DNA from: Malacoraja senta
Lineage: Eukaryota
Assembly (NCBI GenBank): GCA_038087875.1
Contig: CM075988.1
Span: 11,348,001 to 11,412,000, forward strand
DNA length: 64,000 nt
Reading direction: 5' to 3'
The position numbers and the translations under genes are program-made. Shown in pieces: positions 36,250 to 48,600 of this stretch. Each line of letters begins with the position of its first letter. Position 1 is the stretch's first letter. The notes beneath the pieces were generated by a model, which had not been told where the DNA came from, ran no database searches, and was given only the letters and a program-made list of their open reading frames with translations.

Positions 36250-37905
36250 TAGACATAGATACATAGATACATAGAAAATAGGTCCAGGAGTAGGCCATTC
36301 GGCCCTTCGAACCTGCACCGCCATTCAATATGATCATGGCTGATCATCCAACTCAGTATCCCGTACCTGCCTTCTCTCCATATCCCCTGATCCCTTTAGC
36401 CACAAGGGCCACATCTAACTCCCTCTTAAATATAGCCAATTAACTGGCCTCAACTACCCTCTGTGGCAGAGAGTTCCAGAGATTCACCACTCTCTGTGTG
36501 AAAACGTTTTTTCTCATCTCGGTCTTAAAGGATTTCCCCCTTATCCTTAAGCTGTGGCCCCTTGTCCTGGACTTCCCCAACATCGGGAACAATCTTCCTG
36601 CATCTAGCCTGTCCAACCCCATAAGACTTTTGTACGTTTCTATAAGATCCCCTCTCAATCTCCTAAATTCTAGCGAGTATAAGCCAAGTCTATCCAGTCT
36701 TTCTTCATATGAAAGTCCTGACATCCCAGGAATCAGTCTGGTGAACCTTCTCTGCACTCCCTCTATGGCTATAATGTCCTTCCTCAGATTTGGAGACCAA
36801 AACTGTACGCAATACTCCAGGTGTGGTCTCACCAAGACCCTGTACAACTGCAGAAGAACCTCCCTGCTCCTATACTCAAATCCTTTTGCTATGAAAGCTA
36901 ACATACCATTCACTTTCTTCACTGCCTGCTGCACCTGCATGCCTACTTTCAATGACTGATGTACCATGACACCCAGGTCTCGCTGCATCTCCCCTTTTCC
37001 TAATCGGCCACCATTTAGATAATAGTCTGCTTTCCTGTTTTGGCCACCAAAGTGGATAACCTCACATTTATCCACATTATACTGCATCTGCCAAACATTT
37101 GCCCACTCACCCAGCCTATCCAAGTCACCTTGCAGTCTCCTAGCATCCTCCTCACAGCTAACACTGCCCCCCAGCTTAGTGTCATCTGCAAACTTGGAGA
37201 TGTTGCCTTCAATTCCCTCATCCAGTTCATTAATATAAATTGTAAGTAGCTGGGGTCCCAGCACTGAGCCTTGCGGTACCCCACTAGTCACTGCCTGCCA
37301 TTGTGAAAAGGACCCGTTTACTCCTACTCTTTGCTTCCTGTTTGCCAGCCAGTTCTCTATCCACATCAATACTGAACCCCCAATTCCGTGTGCTTTAAGT
37401 TTGTATACTAATCTCTTATGTGGGACCTTGTCGAAAGCCTTCTGAAAGTCCAGATATAACACATCCACTGGTTCTCCCCTATCCACTCTACTAGTTACAT
37501 CCTCGAAAAATTCTATAAGATTCGTCAGACATCATTTACCTTTCGTAAATCCATGCTGACTTTGTCCAATGATTTCACCACTTTTCAAATGTGCTGCTAT
37601 CCCATCTTTAATAACTGACTCTAGCAGTTTCCCCACTACCGATGTTAGACTAACTGGTCTGTAATTCCCCGTTTTCCCTCTCCCTCCCTTATTAAAAAGT
37701 GGGGTTACGTTTGCTACCCTCCAATCCTCAGGAACTACTCCAGAATCTAAAGAGTTTTGAAAAATTATCACTAATGCATCCACTATTTCTGGAGCTACTT
37801 CCTTAAGTACTCTGGGATGCAGCCTATCTGGCCCTTTAATCCATTCAATTTACCCACTTCCCGACTAACCTGGATTTCACTCAGTTCCTCCATCTCCTTT
37901 GACCC
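36250..37905 (-). mobile_element. 5'-truncated CR1 LINE (RT domain) with two nonsense changes
   Basis: ORFs 37532..37783 (NYRPVSLTS) and 36440..37486 (DFQKAFDKV, GVPQGSVLGP, KFADD); (tctatgta)n tail. Confidence 0.97.
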
Positions 37906-38544
37906 GTGGACACCTTATCACTTAGATCATGCCGAGTTGTTCAGGTTATTAGCCCAATGGATTAGTCTCACTGTGCATAGTTTCTAACCTACAAGAATAA
38001 AATATTTCTGATGCGTTTTTCCTGTTTCTTTCTGTGGAGTTCACTGAGCAAGGATGCAAAATTCCCTGGGCTCATTGTCTTTTCTTTTTTAGTTCTGGCA
38101 TCAAACAAACAAAGTGCTGACATAAATCAGTTCTTGAAATTTCCTGGACTGCATGCCTCGGAGCAGCGTTGTTGGATACTTTACGAAAGAACCTCAGGGA
38201 AACAACAATTGACCTTTAAAACAAGCTGGTGTTTCTTAACCATAGCTCTGAAATTGCTTGAGAAATGGTAATACAGGAGGATAAGTGAATACAGGAGGAT
38301 AAGTTTGATTTTATTCTCCTTCACTCTCACCTTTGTTGTTTAGATAAGGTTCAAATATTTAGCTGTCAATGAGGAGAATGTTTGAATCTCCCGTGGACCC
38401 CCAGCTGATTGCAGTAGTTTGAGCAGCAGACCTTGAGCTGGTTGCCATGTCTTGCCATTATATGACCTGAGAGTGAGACCAGTGTGACCTGGTGCATCAT
38501 GTGGTTTGCAAAATGGGGCATCTTATACAGGCAACAAAATTAGC

Positions 38545-38900
38545 AGGATCTGGATTGGTTGGGCAAGTGGGCTGAGCAATGGTTAGAAGAGTTTCATGCA
38601 GATAAGGGCGAGATGTTGCATTTTGGGATTGCAAACCAGATGATATAATACAGGTTTAAGGAAAGATTTGACAGAATCCTGAAGACCAACCTTTTCACAC
38701 AGAGGGCGGAGTGTATATGGAATGAGATGCTAGAGGAAGTACTTGTGGCAGATGCTGTAACAACATTTTATTTATATTTGGATAGGTACATGGGCAAGAA
38801 AGATTTGGAGGGATTTGGGCCAAATGCGAGCAGGTTGGACGAGTGTAGACGGGGCAGCTTGGTCAGCATAGGGCCCAAGGATCTATTTCCATGCTGTATT
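38545..38900 (+). mobile_element. Degenerate CR1 fragments
   Basis: gggcaagtgggctgagcaatgg..gttgcattttggg and ttcacacagagggcggagtgtatatggaatgag. Confidence 0.7.
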
Positions 38901-39361
38901 TGTAATCATTACCGAGGATTATAGGAGAGCATATTCTTTGATAAAGTATTATTTTCAAGTTTTACATGGCTGCACAGAGCAAGTGCATCCATAATAAATA
39001 TTGTTTTAATTCTTCTCATTCCATGTATGGGGGAAACAAGGAGGAATAGCAAAATATTTCTTCCTAGTCCTGTGATTGTCAGACTATGCACCTGCAGTGC
39101 AGAAACTGTGCAAGCCATGCCCACTTCTATTTAGCACTGACAGGTTGCAATTTTAATCAGAATCTGCATTGAGTAAAATGCCTAACTTATGCAAGAGCAC
39201 GTATTCGTGGAGTCACTGATGTCTGTTCACAATTCATAACAAAATTACAGGCAATTTAAGTTTCTCTTTCAACATCTAGTCAATGTACCAAACGAGCCGC
39301 AAAGTCGATCAAGATAGTTTGCTGATTAACTTAATGGAGTGGTGACATTGAAAAGCTTGAT

Positions 39362-39475
39362 GGTAGACACAAAATGCTGGGGTAACTCAGCGGGTGAGGC
39401 AGCATCTCAGGAGAGAAGGAATGGCCGACGTTTTGAGTCGAGACCCTTCTTCAGGCTGAAGACCCTTCTTCAGAC
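39362..39475 (-). mobile_element. 114-bp Penelope pLTR insertion with 13-bp TSD and a duplicated hammerhead core
   Basis: TSD TGAAAAGCTTGAT at 39349-39361 and 39476-39488; agacccttcttcag present twice in tandem. Confidence 0.85.
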
Positions 39476-40094
39476 TGAAAAGCTTGATATTTGAACCCAG
39501 AATCGTTTAGAGAAGTGGCACCAGAGGGAGAAAGGCAGAGGTTCTATAAGTGGTAGCGGTTAAAAGATTTGGGATTTAACTGGGTGGGAGGTATAATGAG
39601 GGAGGCGTAAATAGTTGGGGTGACCAATATATGATATTGGGTGACTTAAGCCTGGAAATAACTCCAAAGGTCAGTGCAGCAAAGATGCAATTTGGCGATA
39701 AATATTAGACATTTAATTTCACTGGGTTTGAGTTAGAGAGTCAAGGCCAATCGATGAATGATGGGCAGGAAAGTCAGCACCTGCAGTGAGATGGTCTGTG
39801 TTTGCCATAATGTCTGCATCAGTAACGCACTGGTTTCATGCTTTCCCCGTTATCCCACACCCTGTTTTTCTCTTTCATTTCTGTGTCCTCTCCCTTTCTC
39901 TGCAACTTAAACATTGTTTGGCCTCTAGCCATTCATACTCCAGATGAAAAACGATTAGCATGAACCGCAAAGTCTGTTTCTCCCTCCATAGATGCCGCCA
40001 GATATTCTGAGTATATCCAGCAGTGACTGATTTTGTTTCATATTCTTGCATCCACAGTATTTTGTTTGTGTAATCAGCATAGAGATTTCTGGTA

Positions 40095-40390
40095 TAGACT
40101 TTGGAGATACAGTGGGGAAACAGGCCTTCTTCCCACTGAGTCCACGCCGACCAGCAATCACCCCGTACACTAACATTAACCTACACACAAGGTATAATTT
40201 ATAATTTTACTGAAGCCAATTAACCTACAAACCTGTACATCTTTGTGCTGTGGGAGGAAACCCGAGCACCAGGAGAAAACCCACATGGTTACAGGGAGAA
40301 CGTACAAAGTCCATACAGCAGCCGTAGTCGCGATTGAACCTGGGTCTCTGTTGCTATAAGGCGGCAGCTCTACCGCTGTGCCACTGTGTC
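40095..40390 (-). mobile_element. HE1-type V-SINE
   Basis: gagatacagtggggaaacaggcc...gattgaacctgggtctctg...ctctaccgctgtgccac. Confidence 0.9.
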
Positions 40391-41059
40391 ATCCTTTGGT
40401 TGAAATAGTCTGTATTTGTTTAATGTTTTGTCAGTGGTACTCAACAGCCCAATGTTACCATAATAAGATGCCCAGGATTTATTTTCAATGTCCAGCTATT
40501 GAATGATAAAATATATATTTTTACCTGGTTAAGGGAGGAAAAAGCATTTAATTAATTACATTCAGATAATTACAAGTATTTTTTTAATATTTATCATATT
40601 CTACTATCACTGTAATTATTTTTCACAAATAATTAGTGAAGATAATTGGAAAGTCTGACAACGTAATACTTCAATTAGCAAAGCTAGCTGCCATGGAAGT
40701 GAGAGGTACGAAACTTCTGAGGTGAGCAGGGGTCAGTTTAGGTAATTGCTTTTTCTAATCAGAAATGTCGACGGAAAAGAGAGAAGATATTGCATTCAAA
40801 TTTCCTGGTTTAAGGTATACAGATTATTGATGCACAAATCCTCTGGTCTATTTTAAAGGGTAGGGCAACTAATTCTGACCGTGCAAAATCATATATAATT
40901 CAGTGTGTTCTAAAACATCTGTTTAAACCAACAACTTCCATGTTGTCATAGTGGGGATAGGATGGCTTTAAATTGAGCTTTTCCTTCATATTTCTTCTGG
41001 GGCTACTCCTCTTCTGCACAGTCTTCCCCACAGTAGTGCAACAGTTATTGTTGCGAGTC

Positions 41060-41765
41060 ATTATGGGATGTGGGCCTTGCAGCTGAGTCGCCATTGAACT
41101 ACCCATCTCCAGTTGCCCCTGAGAAAGAGAAAATGATAGTGAGCTGCCATCTCGAACTGCTACAAGTTTGGGTAAACCCACAACACTGTTTGGGAGTGAG
41201 AACTAGGATTTTGACTCTGCAACAATGAAGGAACGGTGATATATGTCCACATCAGAATGGTGTGTGTTGCTTGGAGGGCAACTTGCACATGGCAGTGTTC
41301 CCATGTTTTGCTGCCCTGTTTTTCAAACAGGCAGATTATGTAGGTTTAGAAGGTGGTATCAAAGGAGTCTTTGTGAGTCAGTGCAGTATATCCTGCAGAT
41401 TGTACAAACTGCTGCCACTGTGAATGAATGGTGGAGTGAATGGATGTGGATTGGTGGCCTATCAAGTGGAAAGTATTCCATCACAGTCCTGACTTGAGCC
41501 TTGTAGATGATAAATAGGTTTAGGGAAGTTAGGAAATTAGTTACTCGCCACAAGATTTCTCGCCTCTGACCTGCTGTTGAGCCATAGTGTGTATATGGTC
41601 GATATAGTTCTGGTTCCCATCAATGGCAACCCCCAAGGATATTTAAAGTGGTGTAGTGAGAGATTGGGTGATGGTAGTGCCATTGCATATAAGAGAGGTA
41701 ATAGCTGAATTTTCCAATTGTATCAAAATGCCTGACACTTGCATGGAGCCAATGTTACTTGAAGC
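41060..41765 (-). mobile_element. Decayed CR1-group (L2/Daphne-like) LINE 3' region
   Basis: RVTNFLT..L..IYKAQVRTVMEY motif; a related fragment lies at 54400-54806. Confidence 0.6.
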
Positions 41766-44559
41766 ACAGCCAACCATTATCTGACTAGATATTCACCTCT
41801 GTGTATTTTAAGAAAGCTTGTTCATTTTCAATTGAAAACGGCGTTGTCAAATTCATTGGCAATATTCAACTGGGATTTGTAGAGAAAACCAAGCAGATTG
41901 GTTGTTGATGTGTTTGCAAAATATAAAAAGATTGGTGGTTTGAAAGTTTGTAGTACAGTGGTCAAAGAAAATATTCAATATGTGTCAGCACAGAGTTTCA
42001 CTGCAGCAATACACAACAGTAAACTGTTCCACTGAAACAACATAAGATAACCAAGTGAAATGATTCAATTTATCTTCTGTATTAAATTTCAAAACCGATT
42101 ACTATTCAATTATATTTTGTCTCAACACATTTTACAGCACTGTGAAACTTGAGCCAGTGAAAAATAATGAAAGTCATTAGTTTAAGTTCAATATTTTGAA
42201 GGTAATCATTGCCACAAGGTCAGTGTCTCCAATGACAAGACGTTGATGCTGATTTATAATAATTCTGTTACGTCCTGAAAATTTCTGGAAATTCTTTTTG
42301 GGAATAAACAGCCTCATGCAGTATTTTTTCCCTCCCAGTTTTATTTCTATGTTGGTCTGTAGAACAGATCGAATGCAAACTCTGTTGACATTTTTTATTG
42401 TAATCTGCTTCCCCTGTCTCCATTCTGCAAACTACTGTACTTAATCTCAGCTGTCTGGCAATCATCTCCCAGGCATTACTGAATTCATTCTAAAGTGCTT
42501 CCCAGGCTCACCTGATCAAAATCTCCCCTCCCTTTAGGAGGAGGGCCTTTTCCCTTCATGTATGGCATGCATATTCAGACATTCCATGGAATGTGGATCA
42601 CACTTTATGGACCTGTATATTACATTGAATGGAAAATGATATTGAAAGAAACATTGCAAGTGAGTTAATGTTATATTGTGTTTAAAAATGCAGTTGGCAT
42701 ATACTCTTGCAATGAGAACAATGCACCTGGACATAATTGGAGCCTATTTTAAGGAAAGGCAATGGAATGAAAAAAATGATCTTCATGAGCTCTGTTTCTC
42801 AACTAAGTCAGAACATTTTTAATCACATCAGCCTGGAAATGTAATCACCCTGTGCTGCATTATTTAATATTATACAGATGGAAATTGACCTCCTGGTGTT
42901 TGTAAGCTGTTTCAAGTCACTCTAACAAGCCTCCCTCTCTGCCTGAGCCTTCTGTTGAACAGCATCATCTCATTGATGTGTCCTGGGGTCCCATTACAGC
43001 CTACAGCTCCACAACTGCAAACACTGCACCAAATCCACAAACCTGATACTGACCACACAGTAGAGGGACCTTCAGCTGAGATTCATAATAACAGGAGAAA
43101 TCATTCGGCCTTTGGATCCATGTAGACATCAATTAATTCATAGCTGATTAACACTTCATGGCCTCCAGGTCCTGCAATTCCATATTGGAGCAAAAGGCTG
43201 TTTTAAGTTAGTCAGGTATCTCTATTTTTCAGATATTTCTAGTTCCACTTCTACCTTTCATTGGACAGACGAAAACATGTATTTACTAAGATTTCTTCTG
43301 AATAACCGGAATTTAATTTTAAGGTTCTCCCCCCCTCCCCCCTCACCCCTCACCCCCCCCCCCCCCCGCCCGCCTGTCTCAGACTCAAACACCAACAATA
43401 ACAGATTTCCCTCCATTCGTTCTGTTAATTTCAATCCTAAAAAAAGCAGAAACAAAATCTATGTTATCATTCTTGACTTCATGACTATTGTCCATATGAT
43501 CTCTATCTGTAATTTAACCCTTCAAAGTGGGAATATTCTGGTCAATCCAAAAGGCCAAAATATGTCTTTTTTTTTAAAGATACAGAACTTTGCACAATGT
43601 TCACACTAAGTAGTGAATCTGCAGCAAATCATCCCCCATTTTAACTTCCTGTCCTCCAGAGATATTCTACTCCCTCAAATTTCCTGTTAGCAATTTTGAT
43701 TATTCTGTGAAACTACAAAAATTCAATTGATAAATGTTCCACTCAAATAGTTATATTAAGATCTTATCAGTATGACAATCCTGGCACCATCCTATCAGAG
43801 GTAATCACTATCTCCTATCTATCCCTCCACACCCCTCTCTGTAATTTAAAAAATAACTTATTTTCCTCTGTTGCCCAGTTTTAATAGAGTTTTCACAGAC
43901 CTCCTTCCAAAATTTGATGTTCTTTTTCTAATTCCTAACATTTTCTGTAATTATATCATATTTCCAGCCACTGCAGATTATTTATTGATTTTCATTTTGG
44001 TTATTTTGTGTGCCTGACCATTGCATTTTAATACCCAGTGTACATAGAATTTGAAATCACTTTGGCTTCAAAGGTCAAGATCAAGTTTAGCTCAAATAAT
44101 TGTATTGATTTGTATAATTGAGTTCAGCAACGTAATGAATTTCAAGAAGTTCTATTGAATGAAACACATACATTTTATGTGCAATGATTGCTAACTTGTT
44201 GAAAATATATATAACTTGAAAACACAAGTGAGAACAACATCCATAAAATATGAATGCTTAATGGTGAATTTTTAACAAAATGACAAACCGATAGCATCTC
44301 AAAGTGGATCGATCGCCTATTCTAAATTCTAGCGAACTGTCTTCTCCATTGACTTTAATTGAAAGGATTTTGCATCAAATACAAAATAGATAGTCAGTTG
44401 ATTCTATAATGGATGGCCTGTTGACTGTCAATAGTTTTCTACGTGCACTATTGCTTTAAATAACCCCTATATGTTCTGAAATAAGATAAATAAATATTAA
44501 ATGATTTTGAGGGAGCAAAAAGTAGACAACTTTAATTGTTAAATATCTGAGCAAAGCTA

Positions 44560-45520
44560 GAGACATGGAGTCATCCAACACGGAAATGAAGCCTTTGGCT
44601 CAACCCGTCCATGCCGATCAACATGCCCCATCTCAGCTAGTCCCATTTGCCTGTGCTTGGCCCAAATACTTAAATAAATTTACAATCCATGTACCTGTCC
44701 AACAATCTTTTAAATGTTACAGTATCAGCTTCACCAATCTGCTCTGGCAACTTGTTCCATATGCCCACCACCATACCCGCCATCTGGGCAAAGTTATTGA
44801 GTGTTTTGCATTCTTCAGTTGCCTTTCATCAACCAATGGTTCCATCACTGCTAGATGTCTTGTATAGATCATACATAGAGGAGTACAGCACAGGAAAGGC
44901 CCTTTGGCCCACAATGTCCATGCTAAACATAATGCTGTTAAACTAGGCTCCTCTGCCTGCATGTGATCCATATCCTTACATTCCCTGCATATTCATGTGT
45001 CTATCTAATAGTCTCTTAAATGCCACTGTCACATCTGCCTCACCACCACCCCTGGCATCACGTTCCAGGCAGCCACCTCTCTTTGTGTAAAAGATTTGCC
45101 CCATACTGTATATCTCCTTTAAACTTTGGCCTTCTCATTGTATCAGTTTAGTTTAGTTTTGTTTATTGTCACCTGTACCGAGGTACAGTGAAAAGCTTTT
45201 GTTGCATGCTAACCAGTCAGCAGAAAGACAATACATGATTACAATCAATTTATTTACAGTGCAAAAGTGATATGCATGTTAAGGGAACAAAGTTTAGTGC
45301 AAGATAAAGCCAGCGAAGTCCGATCAAGCATAGTCCGAGGGTCACCAAACAGGTAGATAGTAGTTCAACACTGCTCTCTGGTTGTGGTAGGATGATTCAG
45401 TTGCCTGATAACAGCTGGGAAGAAACTGTCCCTGTTGTTATGCCTATTATTATGTCCACTCGTCTTTCACATTTCCACCTTGGGAAAAATCTTGTGACTG
45501 TCTAGCCTACCTATGGCTTT
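44560..45520 (-). mobile_element. Cluster of CR1 3' fragments with a nested Rex1/Babar-type 3' end (about 45145-45435)
   Basis: ggcccatat/acctgtcc CR1 3' motifs; tttattgtcacctgtaccgaggtacagtgaaaagc...gcctgataacagctgggaagaaactg (FFPAVIR antisense). Confidence 0.7.
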
Positions 45521-45913
45521 TAATAAGCGAGAATACTGAGAACTATATTCTACACTCTATATATTTCCATTTACTCTACCATTTGTACTTGAGTTTGGTT
45601 TGATTGTATTTATGAGTAGCATTACATGATTAGATTGGATTGCACACACAACAATGTTTTTCACCATACCTTGATACATGTGACAATAATAAACTTCAGC
45701 CTAAACCCATTTTACATCAGTAACTGTTCTCCTTGTAGAGATAGTTGAGTTGATCCTGCAATGCTGCCAGGACAACAGGCCTTTACGGCCAGGTTAGGAA
45801 CTCTCCACTGAAATCAACATGGAGTTGAAAGTTGCGGCAAAACCTGGCGACTCTTGCTTACTATCTCAGAGTACTATTACTAAACACTGGGATTAATCTA
45901 ACAAGGTGCTTAT

Positions 45914-46230
45914 GTTTAGTTTAGTTTAGTTTAGAGATACAGTATGGAAACAGGCCCTTCGGCCCACCAAGTCTGCACTGACCAGCGATTCCTGCACATT
46001 AACACTATCCTACAAACATTAGGGACAATGTACAATTATACCAAGGCAATTTACCAACAAACTTGTATGTCTTTGGAGTTTGGGAGGAAACCTAAGATCT
46101 CGGAGAAAACCCATGTGGTCATGGGGAGAACGTATAAACTATGTACATACTCCATCCGTAGTCGGGATCGAACCTGGGTCTCTGGCGCTGCAAGCTCTGT
46201 AAGGCAGCGAGTCTATTGCTGCACCACTGT
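45914..46230 (-). mobile_element. HE1-type V-SINE lying between two copies of a 121-bp direct repeat
   Basis: (tttag)n tail, V-domain, ggatcgaacctgggtctctggcgctg; repeats at 45723-45843 and 46226-46346. Confidence 0.92.
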
Positions 46231-47764
46231 TCTCCTTGTAGAGATAGTTGAGTTGATCCTGCAATGCTGCCAGGACAACAGGCCTTTACGGCCAGGTTAG
46301 GAACTCTCCACTGAAATCAACTTGGAGTTGAAAGTTGCGGCAAAACATGTACAATGTATTATGTATAGTAATACTTGTACTAATTGTATGCAAAAAGAAA
46401 TTGCACCGTACCTCGGTACATGTGACGTTAAAGTACCATTGAACTATTAAAGTCACCAGATTAATCACTCAGTAAATGATGGAAATGAGGAAGTGATCAC
46501 AGCTGCATGTTAATTGCATTTTTTCACTATACTGACAGCAATACCAGGATTCAGAAACGTCATTGATTTTTTTCTCTTAAGAGTTTTACAGCCTTGCTCT
46601 GCAAATGCAACAACATTGGGAAATAGTAAAATGGGCCCCTCTGAACTGTGGAACGTATTTACCTATTAAATCATCTGGAAGATGATGTCTGCAAAACCTT
46701 GAATAGGATCTGAGAGGTACAAATGCACTTCAGTACTAAAACTGCAATTTTCTGCAGTTACTGAAGCTCCGTATGTAAAAAGAAACAATAATATATGGCC
46801 CATTTGTCAAGGAAACAGTGAAACAGAGTGTGTGAAAGCTGCAGAAGAATTACTGATTGTATTCAATCCATCATCTCTGCCACTAACAGTGGTGAAATAG
46901 GGGCAGCAGAATTGGGTCAGCTATGTTTTAACACTCTTTTTACCTTCATTTACAATTGATTATGTTCTGTGTTTGTAGAATTGAATCTTTCTATCACAAA
47001 GGCCAAAACTGAATTAAATCAATAGCTTTTAACAGTTATATTTCAGTTCAAAACATAGTTGGTGTCACATCACCTTTGCACAAAAATCCATTTCATTAGC
47101 TCTGGAAGTACCAAATATACCTACTTCATTTTGGAAATCTGTGGGTGTTTTTCTTATTTATGTTTCGTTGTTGCATAAAATCATTGTTCGTTCCTAAAAA
47201 GCAGTTTTTCATTTTCAGCTCAACTCAATCATCTGATACCCAGCTCGATTGTGTAACATGACCCACATGTCAACTTAATATCATTGTGGCTTCAACAAAT
47301 TGCTTTGTCATCCGAACAAATCAGTGAATGTCTAAACACATTATCCCGTTGAATGTTTGTTTTTAAGTGGATATGTAAAAGTCAATGTGCATTTATGGAT
47401 TCTTGTGCACGCAGATTCTTAAAGGGTTTAGTTATTGGTGTTAAAAACACATCTAACAAAACAATGCATTTGTCTTAAAATGTAAGGAATGCCAGGCTTG
47501 GTCCTACTTTTCAATTAATTCTACGTTAGACCCATTCTAAATGAAGGCCAGCAGTCTCTATTCTGAAGATTAAAGTAAGGAAAATTAAATTGTTTAGTCT
47601 TGTTTTAGAAAAAGGATTCATACAAACCCATTCTTGGTTAAACAGAACTGTTCTTATTCAATCTTTCACCTGGAGGAGGGAGAGGTGCATTCACCATATC
47701 ACTGACTCACTCACTCTCTATCTCTCTTACTCTCACACTCATAATATAAAGAATAAGATCTTGA

Positions 47765-47872
47765 GACATAGGAGCACAATTAGGTCATTCAGCCCATCGA
47801 GTTTGCACTGCCGTTAGATCATGGGTGATCTATTTCCCCCTCTCAACCCCATACTCCTGCTTTCTCCTGTAA
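47765..47872 (-). mobile_element. CR1 3' end fragment
   Basis: cataggagcacaattaggtcattcagcccatcgag...ctctcaaccccatactcctgc. Confidence 0.75.
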
Positions 47873-48257
47873 TCTTTTGAGCATGGTATTTTTATAAACG
47901 TGTAGAGACAACGTACAACATTTTCACCAATGTCCTGTTGTTCAATGATTAATTTTTGTCCCTCTCAACACAAGAAGGTGCATGATCAATGCTCCTGATA
48001 AAATGTTTCTTGCAAAAATCTTAACATGCCACTGGCTAGTGTCTGGTGTCCCTGAAGCAACATGTCCTTCAGTAAATGCCTTGGATGCCAAGTTGCTGGC
48101 ATGTTGCAGGCTTGGCATCTCCAATGACTACAATTTTACAGAACTCCTCCAAATCTCCTCTATCCTCATTCTCTGCTTCTAGTTGAAATGTCATTGCCTC
48201 CCAATATGTGTTTACTATATACCTTATCTATGTGTCTGGGTAACCAGGGATGCACTC

Positions 48258-48600
48258 AATGGCACGTTATTGTCACATGTACCGAGGCACGGTGAATTTC
48301 TATTTTTGCATACAATTCAGAAACAACCTTACTATATCTGAGGCACAATTATACTTAAGTGGAAGAGTATAAGATAGTGGATTACACAAAGACAGTATAC
48401 AAGATTCACCACGTTTCCTTCAAATTCAGATTTATTAACAATGTTGAGTCTTAACTTGGCTATAAAGGCCCGTCACCCTGGCAGTGGCACTGGGTTGAAG
48501 TAGTGGGGGGGTCAGCCTGGACAGACGATATTGTCGATGTCCTCCTCTACCACTCCGCGTCTGATCCATGTGCTCTGCGTGTGGGGATGAAATGGTTGCT
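48258..48600 (-). mobile_element. Unclassified SINE-like repeat (same family as 997-1560)
   Basis: ttattgtcacatgtaccgagg...gtcttaacttggctataaaggcccgtcaccctggcag. Confidence 0.55.
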
